A stretch of 63,164 bases of DNA, filler included, from Olpidium bornovanus S191 (GCA_017911155.1; 31 parts of 31 records of this genome joined end to end with filler, not necessarily neighbours in it); one strand, 5' to 3'. Numbered from the whole stretch's first letter, positions 10,747 to 23,257 are shown. The notes: generated by a model from the sequence alone, not told the origin. Numbers and translations: made by a program.

Positions 10747-12218
10747 CATGATTATGATCGCGTTAACGGGTGCGCTTCTGGCCATCGTAATGCCAAGGCC
10801 CTTTGTGAACCCCCGCCAGCCCTCCACGGCGCAGATGTCGGCCGCAACCCGGAAAAAGCCTCTCCGCTTCGGCGGGGGGACACCGGCAGGCCGTGTTCGT
10901 CCTTCGGACGCGACGTGGACGTCCTCGGTCTGCATCTGGGACTTGATGAGGTCGGTGGGGAACAGAATGCCCTTGAACGCTAATCCCGCCGCGGCACCTG
11001 CGACCATGAGTTCTACGGGTCCCAGATCGTCCTTGACCGGGGTTCTCGCCCGGCTCGCGAGGGCCTCCGCGCTGCCGGCCGGCCCGCCTCCACATCGTCT
11101 CCCGTTGTCGGCGGCGATCTCCGCTGCCCTCTCGAGCTGCCACCGGCAGACGGCTTCGTAGACGCCGAACCAAACCAGGCCCCCTCCCGTTTCTCTGAAG
11201 AACGTGCCCGTGTGGCCTCGGTAAAACCCTGCCAGGCCGTTCGTTCGGAAGTTGTGCAGTACCACCGACCACGGCCCGCTGTACTTCTCGGACCCTGCCG
11301 GCGCGACCTGCAGCTGGCATTTCACCAGCTCGATGGGCGTCAAAAGGAAGCTGAGCAACGACCCCGAAAGCGCCCCTGCGAAACACAGCTGCGACATGGT
11401 CATCGGTGTGCTGTCCGGCTGTCCGGCCGGACGTATCAGCCTTTGGATATGGTTGTACGCCAGAAACAGCACCGCAGTCTCCACCATCGCGCCAAACATT
11501 GGGACGGACATCCCCTGGCATCGGACGGGGCGAACGACGCGCAGGTAATAAGTGAGATTTCCCGCTGAATATTATATTTCGGCCCTTCGGGCTGAGGACG
11601 GCAAGAGGCCAAGCCTCACCCGGTAAAGGCTCAAGGCGCCTCCTTCCTTCACCGCCTTACGGAGGCAGTCCATTGGCCCGGCAAACGTCCGAACGCCAAG
11701 GGCCTGCGCTTGCAACCGAACCTGTTTTGGGGCAGCGAAAAAAAGATAAGCACGTCGGCGCAGAAGCCGAAGTCTGTTGGCGCAGCCCTGCTCGCGCCAA
11801 CCCCGCCGCTTGCTCTCATTGCCCGCACCTTTATGGTGTCGAGCGGAAACTCGCTGTTCGCAGCAACGAGCAACAGGGCGCACGCAGGACCGGTCCGCCA
11901 AGAGGAAACGAGCCGTCAGCCCTCAAGAAACTCTAGCAGAGGCGCCGGGCGGCCGCCCCCGCTCTTCCAACATCCGTCGGCGCCCTCCGTCCTCGCTTTT
12001 TTTTTTTTTGTTTTTTTTTTTCCTTTTCCTCCGTTACTGTACATAAGTTTACCGAAGCAGCCGGCAAGGCCCCCGCACACCACGTCGGACAGGTGCGACG
12101 AGCTCCTGTGTGTCGGCGGCGAGGCCGGGGCGGGCGGGGAGGAGGGGGAGGGCGACGAGGCGAGGAAGGCGGGCGCGGCGGGGAAGGCGCGCTCATCGCG
12201 GGCAAGGCTTGCCTCCAT
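10747..12218 (-). CDS. Mitochondrial carrier, ornithine/amino-acid transporter (ORT1/SLC25A15-like), 3' truncated
   Basis: Three carrier signatures: FPLDTIKVRLQ, TPIELVKCQLQ and FPTDLIKSQMQ. Also GFYRGHTGTFFRETGG. Confidence 0.9.
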
Positions 12219-12518
12219 GGCGGGGTGCGGCAGGGGGCGGGGTATGGTGTGTTGGCGAGAAGGGTGTGCCCGCCGTCCGCCGCCCTCCCGCCCTCGGACC
12301 CGCCGGAGCCGGGGCTGCTGCTGCTGGTTTCCGGGCGGCGGCGGCGGGGGGGAAAGGGGAGGAGCGGCGGAGGAGCGGAGGAAAGGGGAAAGCAGCAGTC
12401 CCGCCCGCCCCGTCCCCGCCCGGGAAAACCGTCCCTGTCGCCAGGGAGAGCCCGCGCGGAAAAGCAGCCCCGCCGTCGCCCGTTCGCTCCACAACGCCAC
12501 ACACCCCACCACACTTAT

Positions 12519-13476
12519 CATGTCGCTTAGCACGGTCTATCGCACAATGCCTGTCAGCCGCACCTGTGGTCTTCCACTGAGGAGCGCAGCTGCTCGTTCT
12601 CGTGTGGCGGTCTTCGGTGTGATGCAGCGCCGGAAGACTTCCTCGGCCACCATCGAGCAGCTGTTCCATGAGGCAAAGAAAAACCTAAGAGAGCGACAAG
12701 CTGTTGTCGGCGGCGCTGGAGCTGAGGCAACTCCAGCAAGAAAAGACGGAGCTCAAACAGGTTCTGACTGACGAAAAGCTCAAACAAGCGGAACTCAAGT
12801 TCGACAAGGTTCTCAGCGACGAAAAGCTCAAACACGTGGAACTGGAGCTCAAACACGTGGAACTAGGGAGCTGGAGAGGGAGCGTTTCCTTCGGTACATG
12901 GATGCAGAGGCCCTCGGTCGACTTGGAGGCCGCGTGATAATCGGTACGTATGGGTTGCACACTGAGGCTGCTAATAGCTAGTGAACCTAACCCCCCCCTC
13001 CGTTCTTTGATTCAACAGAAGAAGTCGAGGCGACATAAAATGTCCAGTCATCGAACAGGAAGGCGAAGTGGACGGGGCTTCTGCAAAACAACAAAGCTCT
13101 GTTTGCAAAGTTGAGGGCCTGCTACAAATGTGCAGGGGATTGTGACGTTGGAAAAATGGATGAGGCTGCCATTGCCGCCGACGTGGAGCGTTTGTTCAAG
13201 GAATTCAGTAAATATCCAACCATGCATTCAAGCAACTTGAGGGAGAAGGCACAAAGCGGTTCAAATTGGCTCCCCTGGTCCGGGCCGTTTAGGACCTCTG
13301 AAGTACCTGGACAGCTAGATTGGGCTCTTGCAAGGTGCAAAAGGCGCCGATTGAACACCTCTCCGGATACCACGAAAATCGCGACGGAGACCTCCAATCT
13401 CAATAAAAACCTCGCCCGCGTTCGGATATTATCGATATCGACGTTTCGTACCGAAGTCTCCAGTGGCAACGCCTAA
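12519..13476 (+). pseudogene. Disrupted gene for a presequence-bearing coiled-coil protein
   Basis: One plausible protein (presequence, then ELRQLQQEK coiled coil, then GRLGGRVIIEEVE...SNRKAKWTGLL) can be read only with two frame changes (about 12690 and 12867) and through an in-frame TAA at 13036-13038. A GTACGT...CAG intron lies at about 12944-13018. Confidence 0.45.
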
Positions 13477-14333
13477 CGCCCGTATACTAGCGAAAAATGT
13501 ATGGTTCTTTGCAAATAGCATGNNNNNNNNNNNNNNNNNNNNNNNNNNNNNNNNNNNNNNNNNNNNTTAATTAATTAANNNNNNNNNNNNNNNNNNNNNN
13601 NNNNNNNNNNNNNNNNNNNNNNAAAAAAAGCGGGTGGGACTCGAAAACGCCACGGCCGGGCCCGCCCTCTACATTTCTCCCCTCTCCCCTTCCCTCCCCT
13701 CACCCCTCCCCGCCCTTCCCCATTCCCCTCGCAAACACGCAGGGTTTATATGATATATACTCCGCCCAATTCGGAGAATTTCCGTTTCCCTCGCACACCC
13801 CCCGGCGTCTTTACCATTTGCGGGCCTATCCTCTCTTGCCCGTTTGCCATCATCGACCGGCTTTCTTACATCGGCACAAGGGCAGCAAAGTTTTCGTTAC
13901 CCAGACCCGGGCCACCAGCGTTCACGTAAGGGCCGTTTCCCCGCTTTGGGGGGCGCGGGGGGCTGATTGTCCGCCTGCGTGGGGGGAGGAGGGGGAGACC
14001 GGGGGCGTGGGAAGAGCGGGGAAGGGGGCCGTCGTCCAAAAAAGCATCTGCCCTGCTTTTCCAGGCCTGACACTTCCTGATATGCCTAGCCGCCAACGTG
14101 CCCTGGGAAGCGCAATTGGACGGGCCCGAACGGAGCTGGGGTAAAGCGCCCACGCCGGGGGTCGTTGTCGTGTAAATTTTTCTTTTTTTTTTTTCCGTCA
14201 GGCGGGGGACGGGAGGATCGGAGGGGCGGATGGGCGCATTGACCGCAAACTCGCAGTCGGATGGGCAGGCTCGCCGCAGGGGGAGGGGCCCAGGCCAAGG
14301 CAGCAGTTAAGTGCAGGATCCTTTATCCTCAGG

Positions 14334-15454
14334 ATGGAAGACCTTGGTTGGTTTTCTCCTTCTCTTTTGGGGCGGCGGGTTTTCGGCTCTGCCGCGCGCG
14401 CACGTGTCAACCTGGCGAAACTGAGAGGATTCCCGAGCTGAAACTACGCCGGGGACAAATTCAAAAAAAAAAAAAAAAAAAAAAAAACAAACCCCCCCCC
14501 CGCAAAACCGTCTCCGCGGCGCGCGAAATAGATAATATCATCGCGGAACTCAGCCGCCATGTCAACTCGCCAGCTCCCACAAGCGCCCAGACCGGGCTTC
14601 CGACAGCATCAACGCCAACGGGGAACACACCCTTTCCTATGAGAACTCCGCTGCCGCCTCCAGCCCGCTCGGCGACGCGCGCCCACGTCATGGTGGCGCC
14701 GTCGACGCCCAAGCCCGGTGCGAAGAGTTCGGGCCCTGTACTGTTCGGGCCAGGACGCCAAACGAACGAAAAAAAAAAGCCTTCGTTTCTATTTTTCCGT
14801 TGAAGCTGACATCCCTGTTACTGGCGGGCAGAACCGAGGGCCAAGCTGGATTTCTCGAACCTCAGTGATTTGGTGGCAGACCTCGTCGGGGACTCGGGGG
14901 ACAGCCCGGTGAAGGAAACCGGCACCTCGACGTCCGCCCTTTCGCCGCCGCTGCCGCCCTCGTCGCCGACCCAGCGGCCGCTTTCGTACCAGGCTCAGCG
15001 CGGAGAACCGGACGGCGTTTGGCCGCCTCGGTCCGATTGGAGAATGGCCGGCGCGACCGAGCGGATGCGGGACGCGAAGTCGGGACCGCCTTCGGCGCCG
15101 CTCTCCGCGCCGGCCGGAGGAACCGCGGGAAGCGACCGCCCGGCCGCGGACGCCCTGGATCAGCTGCTGATTGAGCAGGAGCAACTGACTCGACGACGGG
15201 CTACTTTCGGCGCGCGCCACCTGGCCGCCGGCGTCTCCGATGGACCGCGGGCTTCCGCGTCGCGACATCCAGTTGCCGATTTCGGGGGCGTCGCCGCCTC
15301 CCGTCCGGCGGCGGCGGCGTATCCGGAGGATCCGCATCACCCACGGCCGCCGTCGCTTCCTCCTGCGAGAGACCAAACTCCGCTGGGTCCCGCTCCTCGT
15401 TTCAATGACATATGTCCCCAATGCGGCCTGCCGGCGGTCGGGACGTCCTTCATG
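14334..15454 (+). CDS. PXN: Paxillin-like LIM protein (3' truncated)
   Basis: Spliced exons 14334-14346, 14532-14717 and 14832-end give the N-terminus MEDLDNIIAELS (paxillin LD1), further LD-like motifs LSDLVADL and ALDQLLIE, a Pro-rich linker, and the start of a LIM domain (CPQCGLPAVG). Confidence 0.82.
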
Positions 15455-15624
15455 NNNNNNNNNNNNNNNNNNNNNNNNNNNNNNNNNNNNNNNNNNNNTT
15501 AATTAATTAANNNNNNNNNNNNNNNNNNNNNNNNNNNNNNNNNNNNNNNNNNNNCCGCTCGCGCACGTGGACCCGCCTAAAAGAGCGTATGCTTCGAAGG
15601 GCGGTGGACATCGGTCCGTATTAC

Positions 15625-15739
15625 TGTTGAATTCCGTCAGCAATTTTATTCTCTTTTGTATTAATATAGCGCTGTGGAAAATAAACGCGTCCGGCACCCT
15701 ACGGCGCACAACGCAAAACTCTTAACAGGTTATGAGCCC
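15625..15739 (+). mobile_element. Ty1/copia 5' LTR (103 bp) plus primer-binding site
   Basis: TGTT...AACA termini (15625-15727) with an internal AATAAA. It is followed immediately by GGTTATGAGCCC, the copia-type PBS complementary to the anticodon arm of initiator tRNA-Met. Confidence 0.85.
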
Positions 15740-15756
15740 AAGAGGACTCTGACAGC

Positions 15757-16230
15757 CCGAGCTCGCCTCCCCCTTCCGCAGAGCTCGCTCCGCCTTCCGC
15801 AGAGCTCGCTCCGCCTTCCGCAGAGTTCGCTTCGCCTTCGGCCCCGAAGTCGCGTCGCTTTCGGCCCGAGTTCGCTTTGCCCCTGGCCCCAAACTCGTTT
15901 CGTTTTCGGCCCGAGTTCGCTTCGCCTCCGGCCCCGAACTCGCTTCGTCTTAGGCCCCGAGCTCGCTTTGCCTTCGGCCCCGAACTCGTTTCGCTTCGCC
16001 TTCGGCTCCGAACTCGTTTTGCTTCGCCTTCGGCCCCGAGCTCGCTTCGCCTTCAGCCCCGAACTTGCTTCGCCGTCGTTTTTTTTTTGCTTGCCCCTGA
16101 GCTCGCTTCGCCGTCGCTTTCCGCCTTTGGCCCCGAGCTCGCCTTGCTGTCGCCGCCCCGCCGCTGCTTTCGCCGCCGCGCTCGTCGACCATCGACTCCG
16201 AGCTCACCTCGCCTTCGATTTCGGCGCCAA
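15757..16230 (+). repeat. Degenerate 21-23-bp minisatellite in the retroelement leader
   Basis: Many variants of GAGCTCGCTTCGCCTTCGGCCCC in tandem between the PBS and the first ATG. Confidence 0.85.
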
Positions 16231-16255
16231 GCCCGACTCGGCACCTCGAGCAACC

Positions 16256-16503
16256 ATGCCGATTGACCCGCTTGACGAAAACGCCGCCCAGGCTAGCGCA
16301 AGCAAACCTAGTAGGGGCGCAATCTTCTCCAACACCCCTCTGGGTGGTGCATACGGACACGGAGGCCAGTCGCCCCAGGCTGCTGCACCCACACCTTTGA
16401 ATGAAGTCGAGACCTTACGCGCTGCCCTCTTTGAAGCACAAGCTCAACTGCGCCATCAGGCCCAGACAGATCGTCGCGATCGCGATCGTCTAGACCGCCG
16501 CCC
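16256..16503 (+). mobile_element. Putative gag N-terminus, interrupted
   Basis: First ATG after the leader: MPIDPLDENAAQ...EVETLRAALFEAQAQLRHQ. The call rests on position; the frame runs into a second LTR-like block. Confidence 0.45.
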
Positions 16504-16628
16504 TGTTGGGATTTACTGGGTGGGGTTACGCGTACCGGGATCGGAACCCCTGAATGTTTGTATACGTAGTATAGTTTTCCTCCTTTTCTCAATAAACGCG
16601 TTCGCTTCAACGGCGAGAAAACCAAACA
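16504..16628 (+). mobile_element. Second LTR-like block (125 bp)
   Basis: TGTT...AACA termini. It shares AATAAACGCGT and ACGGCG with the first LTR and is followed by GGTT. Confidence 0.6.
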
Positions 16629-16629
16629 G

Positions 16630-17044
16630 GTTGATGATCACGTCAAGCGGATCAAGTCGGTCGTCCTACCCGATACGCCAGATAAAGATGGTGATTCCTC
16701 ATCGCAATCTGACACAGGAGACACAGATGGAAATGATCCTTTCGTTGATGCGAAGGAAAAAACCGAGTTCCCGGATACAGCACCTTCAAAACGTGTCTAC
16801 CCAAGAACGCCTGTAACGACTGAGAGGGAGGAAGCTTCCCTTCCTCGAAGGTCAGAAAGGTTGAATAAGGGAATTCCTCCCCCACGTTATGGATTTGAAG
16901 CTGCAGCTGACCTGTCAAATCAAGAAGTGCTTGCATTAAGCGCGATGATGAATGGGGGTTCAGAGCCTAGGACCTTTACAGATGCCGTTACTGGACCGAG
17001 TTCTACTTGTTGGAAGCAAGCCATCAAGGAAGAACTGAAGTCAC
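16630..17044 (+). mobile_element. Ty1/copia pol fragment (integrase-RT linker)
   Basis: Open frame with LPRRSERLNKGIPPPRY and EPRTFTDAVTGPSSTCWKQAIKEELKS, the conserved copia motifs just before RT. Confidence 0.9.
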
Positions 17045-17750
17045 NNNNNNNNNNNNNNNNNNNNNNNNNNNNNNNNNNNNNNNNNNNNTTAATTAATTAA
17101 NNNNNNNNNNNNNNNNNNNNNNNNNNNNNNNNNNNNNNNNNNNNCATGTTTCGTGTGCTGTTGATCACGGCGGTCGTATGTTGACCACCGAAGCCGGGCT
17201 GTCGATCGCGACTCTCAGACGTGATGACTCGTTCGGCGTGATTATCAAAGCCGAGGTGCGGTTGCAAAATCTGTTGGATTTAGCAATTCGCTCCGCCAAC
17301 ACGTAGATTGCACGGTAATTAAGCCTTAATTCCTCATCCTGCGGTTGAGCGGAAAGTGCCGCTTGGTGCGGCGGAGGACAGAGAGAGAGGTCAGTGCAGG
17401 AGGCGGAATAGTCGGGACTGCCGGAATAATGCGGGATTTACGGAGCTTCGCATGGAAGCGGCGGTGGTTTTTTTTTTTTTTGTTGTTGTTGTTCAGGCGA
17501 GTGCGGCGGTTTTGCGGCATTATTGGGTTCCGGTGGCCAGTTGGTTGTTGTAGCCCTTTCGTCTTCGCTTCCGATTGGCCCGGCGGGCGGCGGGCGACGA
17601 GAGGGGCTAGGGGGCGGACTGGCCGGCCAGGGGGTTTTGGGCGGGGAGGGGTTTGCGCCCGACGGAAGGGGGTTAGGGAAGGAGCCGGGCCCGCAGGGAC
17701 TGTCGGCAACAACGGCAGGCGCAGCGGGTCCCACAGGCAACGACGGCGGC

Positions 17751-19818
17751 ATGGCGCGCGGGACGGCGGACGGCGGAGGGAAGAAGAAATCGGCGACCAG
17801 GCGGGAAGAGGTGGTAGGGATCAGGAAAGCCGCCGCGAACGTGGCCCGGGCGGACACCGGCGGGCACGGCACCGGAGCCGCTGGGAAAGCCAAGTGTTCA
17901 CCCGGCAAGAAGGGACCCGCCGCCGCGAGGGGCGCCGCGAGGGGCGCCGCGAAGGGCGCCGCGGCAAGGGTCGCAGGGAGCGTGGGAAAAGTTCATGGCG
18001 CGAGCGCGACGTCGCCCGTGTCGCGGCCGCCTGTCCGCAACGCAGGGGAAAAAAGGAAAAACTGCTCCGCCGGTGTCGCCTCCGGTGGTATTGTTGGCGC
18101 AGAAATTGTTCCGCATTCAAGAAAGGTGAGTAAGCACGCGGTGGGGCTGGAGCAGCGATCTACCTGCCCGCGGGGAGTTAAAACGAACATCCGCCGCTCG
18201 TCTGTATGACCGCTAGGACGCCGCGCCCGATCGCCATGCCGTCCTACTGCAAGAAATTATTAGCCTTGGTGGTTCAAAAGAAGATTTCGAGTTGCTCAAG
18301 GACGTCGACTCCGATGGCGAGGAGGCTTCTAGCAAAGTCGCTGCTGGCAGGAGGCCGAACAAGGAGCTGCCGACTGACGAGGTATGTCGGATTTTTGGCT
18401 TTCTGCCTGTTTCACGTTCTTCGCGAAACACGATTACGCTGGAACGATGTCCGGCGGGGTTTTCGCCCTCTGACATTCCCGCTCTTCCGATTGTCGCGGG
18501 TTTTTGTTTTTGCCGCGCAGCATACGTTGAACAAAGAGCTCCAAGCGTTCTTAAAGTCCATAAATTACGATCCTGCGGTTGCTGCAGAGGGCGCGGTGGC
18601 TGACGAAGGAAACGAAAGCGAAGACGCGTTCGGTGAACCAGACAAAGAAGAAATGGTCGCTGAAAGCCGGGAGAAGGACGACGCAAAGACCAAGAAAGGT
18701 CTTTTAGGAAAGGAAGATCCTCCTCCGGCGGCTGGTGCGCGGCCCAAACCTAAAATGGTGGGGGTCGCGGAACTCACGTTTGGAGTAGCATATAAACGAC
18801 TATAATTCAAACTAAACTCGCCGTTGTGGGCGCCGCAGTGGATACAACCAACGCCCCGTTGGTACGACATTGAGCTTCCACCCGTTTTGGCATCGGGAGC
18901 CAAGGTTTCGAAGGCAGCTGCCGAATCTAAACTGGCTGAGGGGATGAAGCTACTTGAGGAGGAGAACGCCGCGCGCCAGGCAAAACCTGCGCTCTCCTCT
19001 GGGGACCAGTCATTCCTCTCCATGCTGTTTAGATCCGGAACTTTGCATGACAGGATCTCGGCCATGACGCTAGCTGTGCAAGAATCCCCTCTCCACGCTG
19101 TTAAGTCGCTGGATTCTCTGATGGGCTTTTTGAAAAAAAACGGCAGGCGTGAAGCAGTCATGACGATTGCTTCTTTAAAGGACTTGCTTGCCAGTGGTCT
19201 ATTACCTGACCGGAAGCTCAAGTACGTCGTCCGTGCAGCCTTGCGCAGCTTGTTTGGGAAAACAGCAGCGGTTCAGGTTCGATGTTATCTACTAATGGTG
19301 GCATTGTCATGCCTTACAGATATTTTCGTGACCAGCCGTCTACTCAGCCCAATGTTACCGAGGCACACTTGATATTGTGGGCTTTTGAAGATTATCTGAA
19401 AAAGCTGTATTTTGAGTTTATCCAGGCAATCGAGGTAGGTGCTGCGACGACTCTGTTTACGTTGTGCGTTTGTCGCTGGGGTCTAAGATTTGAGGCATAT
19501 TTTCAGCGTCTCAGCCATGACACTCTGCTGCACGTCAAGCAAACCATGCTGCAAGCTGTCTATGACCTTTTAGCCGCGAAGCCTGAGCAGGAGCAGAACT
19601 TGCTGCGGCTGCTGATGAACAAGCTCGGTGACATCGAACGAAAAATTGCGTCCAAGGCGTCGTTCCTGCTCCAGCAGCTCCTGGTAGCGCACCCGAACAT
19701 GAAGGGAGTCGTGGTCGAGGAGTGCGAGCAGACGCTTTTACGCAAGAACGTGGGCATCAGGCTGCAGTATTACGCTGTGATTGCGTTGAATCAGACCATT
19801 CTGACGAATGCGGATCAA
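17751..19818 (+). CDS. MAK21: Ribosome biogenesis protein MAK21/NOC1/CEBPZ (3' truncated, multi-exon)
   Basis: SGTLHDRISAMTLAVQESPLHA, GLLPDRKLKYFRDQP, LILWAFEDYLK, KPEQEQNLLRLLMNKLGD, KIASKASFLL and HPNMKGVV. Confidence 0.95.
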
Positions 19819-19918
19819 NNNNNNNNNNNNNNNNNNNNNNNNNNNNNNNNNNNNNNNNNNNNTTAATTAATTAANNNNNNNNNNNNNNNNNNNNNNNNNN
19901 NNNNNNNNNNNNNNNNNN

Positions 19919-22038
19919 CTGGAGTCCCGGATAGCGGCGCTCAATATACTTGACCTCACTCTGCACCACCTGGGAGTTGATGCAGCCAATTCGCAAGAGG
20001 AGGAAAGAACGATGAACGCGGTTTCAAAAGGTGGTCATGGTGGGTAAACCGCAGATTCTCGTTCTCATTACCGTGAGGGCGAACATTCAAAGTATGCCGT
20101 TTTACCGCCGTTGCAGAACTACAGAGAATGATAGGGTGCCATGCCCCCGTGGACAAGCTGCAAATTATAATTGACTGCCACAAGGCCATAGTAGGTGAGC
20201 GACACGGCTACGGGGTGGTGCCACGAAATCTCTGCCTGCGAGATAATGGCTAATTTTGCTTTCTTTTTACTGTAGCGGCTATGGACCGCTGCCCGACTCC
20301 GGTAGTTGACGAGATGACGTCAGACAGTCAAGAAACTGATGCTTCCGCACCGTCCGCCACGGGGTTGGGCCCTCTGAGCCCTGCAGTATCACCATTGCCG
20401 AAACAGACGTCGTCAAGCGCCGATATCGTCCTTCCGCTTCTAATTTACCTCGTGGTCAAGTCTAATCCCCCAAAGCTCATTAGCAATTTGCGGTGTGTGC
20501 CACCGTTGGAGAGTCGCACATTGATACAATCTTTGGTCGGGTTGACCACGGACCTGACTCATCGCTGTGCTTATCAGATTTATACAGTATTTTCGGTATC
20601 GCCGTGCGCCCCAGGGAGAGGCCTCGTATTGTCTGACGAACCTGGTAGGCCAAACTTTCAGTTTTATGTCGACTGGAATTATTCGTGTCAATGAGCAGTT
20701 GCTTTTTCCCCGGCGAGCAAGTGCGCTGCCGTTTCTTTTCTGGAGAACGTGGACATCGCGGCCTTGGGACTTCCGCAATCGGAAAGTATTGTATTTAGGT
20801 ACGGGAGGTGAATTAGCAAGCCCGATATTTTTCCGACTGGAAGGCTAACGGGTGCTTCAGCCGCGAAATTGGCGTAAAAGATGACGAGACGCGCCAGGAG
20901 CTAATTCTGGGGAGCGCGCAGGGCATCTTAAAGGCAGATCTGGCCAACAGGGTCGGAAAGGAAATCGCCGGCGTAGCAGAAGGGGTCGCAGGAGCAGGTT
21001 CCAAAGTTTTTACTGGGGTTGTGGATATGTAAGTGCAGACCCGAAACGTAACTTCTACATTTCACCAGCGAAAGCGTCTTACGAGAACATCCCATTGGGC
21101 CTTGCCACAAAGGTCATCCAAGGTATTCGGGAAACTGACCTTCTGGAGCAACACAGGCAACCCGGATGTCCCGCCACCGCAGCGAAAATCACTTGAATCA
21201 TCGGCGTCCCAGCCTCCGGCAGCTCAGACGGGATCCTCTCAGCCCGCGGAGAGCGTGACGCCCGAGTCCGCTTCTGCGGCGAGCGTCGCAACCCCGTTGA
21301 AGGCACGAACACGGACGCCGCTGGCGCAGAAAATTTCTTTACCAAAGTTTGCGTCATCGCCGTCGGGTTCTTCTCGTCGGAGCACGGTTTCGTCCGCGAA
21401 GTCGGCCGGCGGGGGAAGCAATGCCGACGCGGCTGGAGGTGTAGAAATTGGACAACCCCCTGCGCAGGAAATGCAAGAGATGTTTAGTGTGAGGAAGTTC
21501 GCCAGCGAGCTAGGACGGCAAGAACTGCCGCAAGTGGCTGCGAAGGATACGAGTTCTGTGGGACGTGACTCGCCTCTCGTAGGCAAAATGGTGCAGGCGA
21601 TGTTCGGTGAAAATCGGTTCACCAGCGAGTTAGGACGGGAAGAGCTATCGCAAGTGGGCGGCGGGTCTGCGAAGGACGTGAGTCCTGTACGTGACGCGCT
21701 TCGCGTAGACAAAGATCCGCATTTCGAGACTCCCGCACGGAGTAGGGACTCGAAGTGAGTTTGCCGCTAGGACCGGGTGTGGCCCCCTCAAAGCGGAACT
21801 GGCGGCGAGGAATCCGGCAGCTTACATACCGTTATCGTTGGCAAATCCCAGTCTGTCGACTGCAGGTGGCGGGCCGCTGAACGACCAGCGGCGACCGCCA
21901 CTACGGGCGCTGCGGGAACCGATCCGCCCGCCGATCCCGAAGTTCTTGGACGTGTCTGTAGAGGATCTGCGAATCGCCGATGTGGCAGAACTACTCGAGG
22001 ATTACAAAAGGTTGGCCGCGATAGTGATGGGCCAATAA
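19919..22038 (+). CDS. VPS9-domain Rab5 GEF (5' truncated, multi-exon)
   Basis: APVDKLQIIIDCHKAI, SADIVLPLLIYLVVKSNPPKLISNLRFIQYFR and GEASYCLTNL. The C-terminal PPIPKFLDVSVEDLRIADVAELLEDYKRLA is typical of fungal VPS9 proteins. Confidence 0.9.
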
Positions 22039-23257
22039 CCGGGCATTGATTTTCCGACATTGTCGGCTGCGTGCTCCTGTAGGTCGGCATCGGAAGCAAG
22101 GAGTTTTTGGTGATCCTTTACGTCCTTGCTTTTCCGCAATTTCTTTTGGGGTTTTGTTGCCTCGGGATGACACAAACTTTTTACCGAATAACGGAGGTGC
22201 GGGGAAGCCAAGTCGGTTTGGAAGCAATAAGCTGGGCGCTTCGGCATCAATTTTCCGTTGGCTTGGTCTTTTTCGTCCTGCCGCTGTTCATCATTGAGAG
22301 TCGGCGTCAGGCGAAATAAAGTGACATTGGCCAAAGAGAATTGACATTGAGACCAACTGGGTTTGTTGCATTGGCGAGGAGCGGCACCGGTGGCCAGAAG
22401 GTCTGGCAGCGGCGCCGGGGCCAAGTTTGGACTGGGGTACGGGGAATTGACGATGATTGCCAAAGGTTTGATCGCCAGGCCACGTAGGTTGCCTTTCTTT
22501 CCCAAGCCCGACCCAAGTGGAAATGTTTTGTTCGCACGCAATACCGAGTTTCCGACGTCCAGACCGGCCCGTGTTCTCTGTAATTATGCTGTTTGGGAAC
22601 ACCCGGGTTCCACAAGGTGGTTGCGTTCTCGGCCATACTGTCGTTTTGTCGGGCCGGCAATCGTATAACGCAGAAGCGAGTTTGGGGAGCCTATTTTGCC
22701 AGCAGAAGGCGACTGTCACACTCACCCAACAGAGTTGGTGATCTAAAAAAGCACCATTCTGAGGTGCGTAAATCAGGCCTCAGGAACCAGGAGCGGGCGG
22801 GTTATCCTTTGTAGGCGAGCTTTGTGCATTTGACAGCAGCCATATGATGTCACCCAGGGCCAGGATCCGAACCCAAACGAGTTTACGCTCCCTCCCTCCC
22901 TCCTCGTCCTCCCCCGTCGCTGGCCTACAGTCTGCGGCAAATCGCAGTCGGTCGGAGCGTTCACAGGCGAGATCGCAGAACAGGAGATTGGATTAGTCTC
23001 CCCTTTTTTATTCCTTTCCGTTCTGTTGATTGGGCCAAACTCCGGCCAATCCCCACCAACGTCACCACGGCCAAGCAGTCGTTGTCTTTGGCTGCCGAGG
23101 CGGGGAGGCCGGGCCCTGAGATGCGCCCACGGCGACGGGTCGGACCGTTGGCATGCCNNNNNNNNNNNNNNNNNNNNNNNNNNNNNNNNNNNNNNNNNNN
23201 NTTAATTAATTAANNNNNNNNNNNNNNNNNNNNNNNNNNNNNNNNNNNNNNNNNNNN

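Noticed and set aside
13623-13665. tRNA-like TTCGAGTCCC box followed by oligo-T on the minus strand
   Set aside because: No cloverleaf or A-box could be built upstream.
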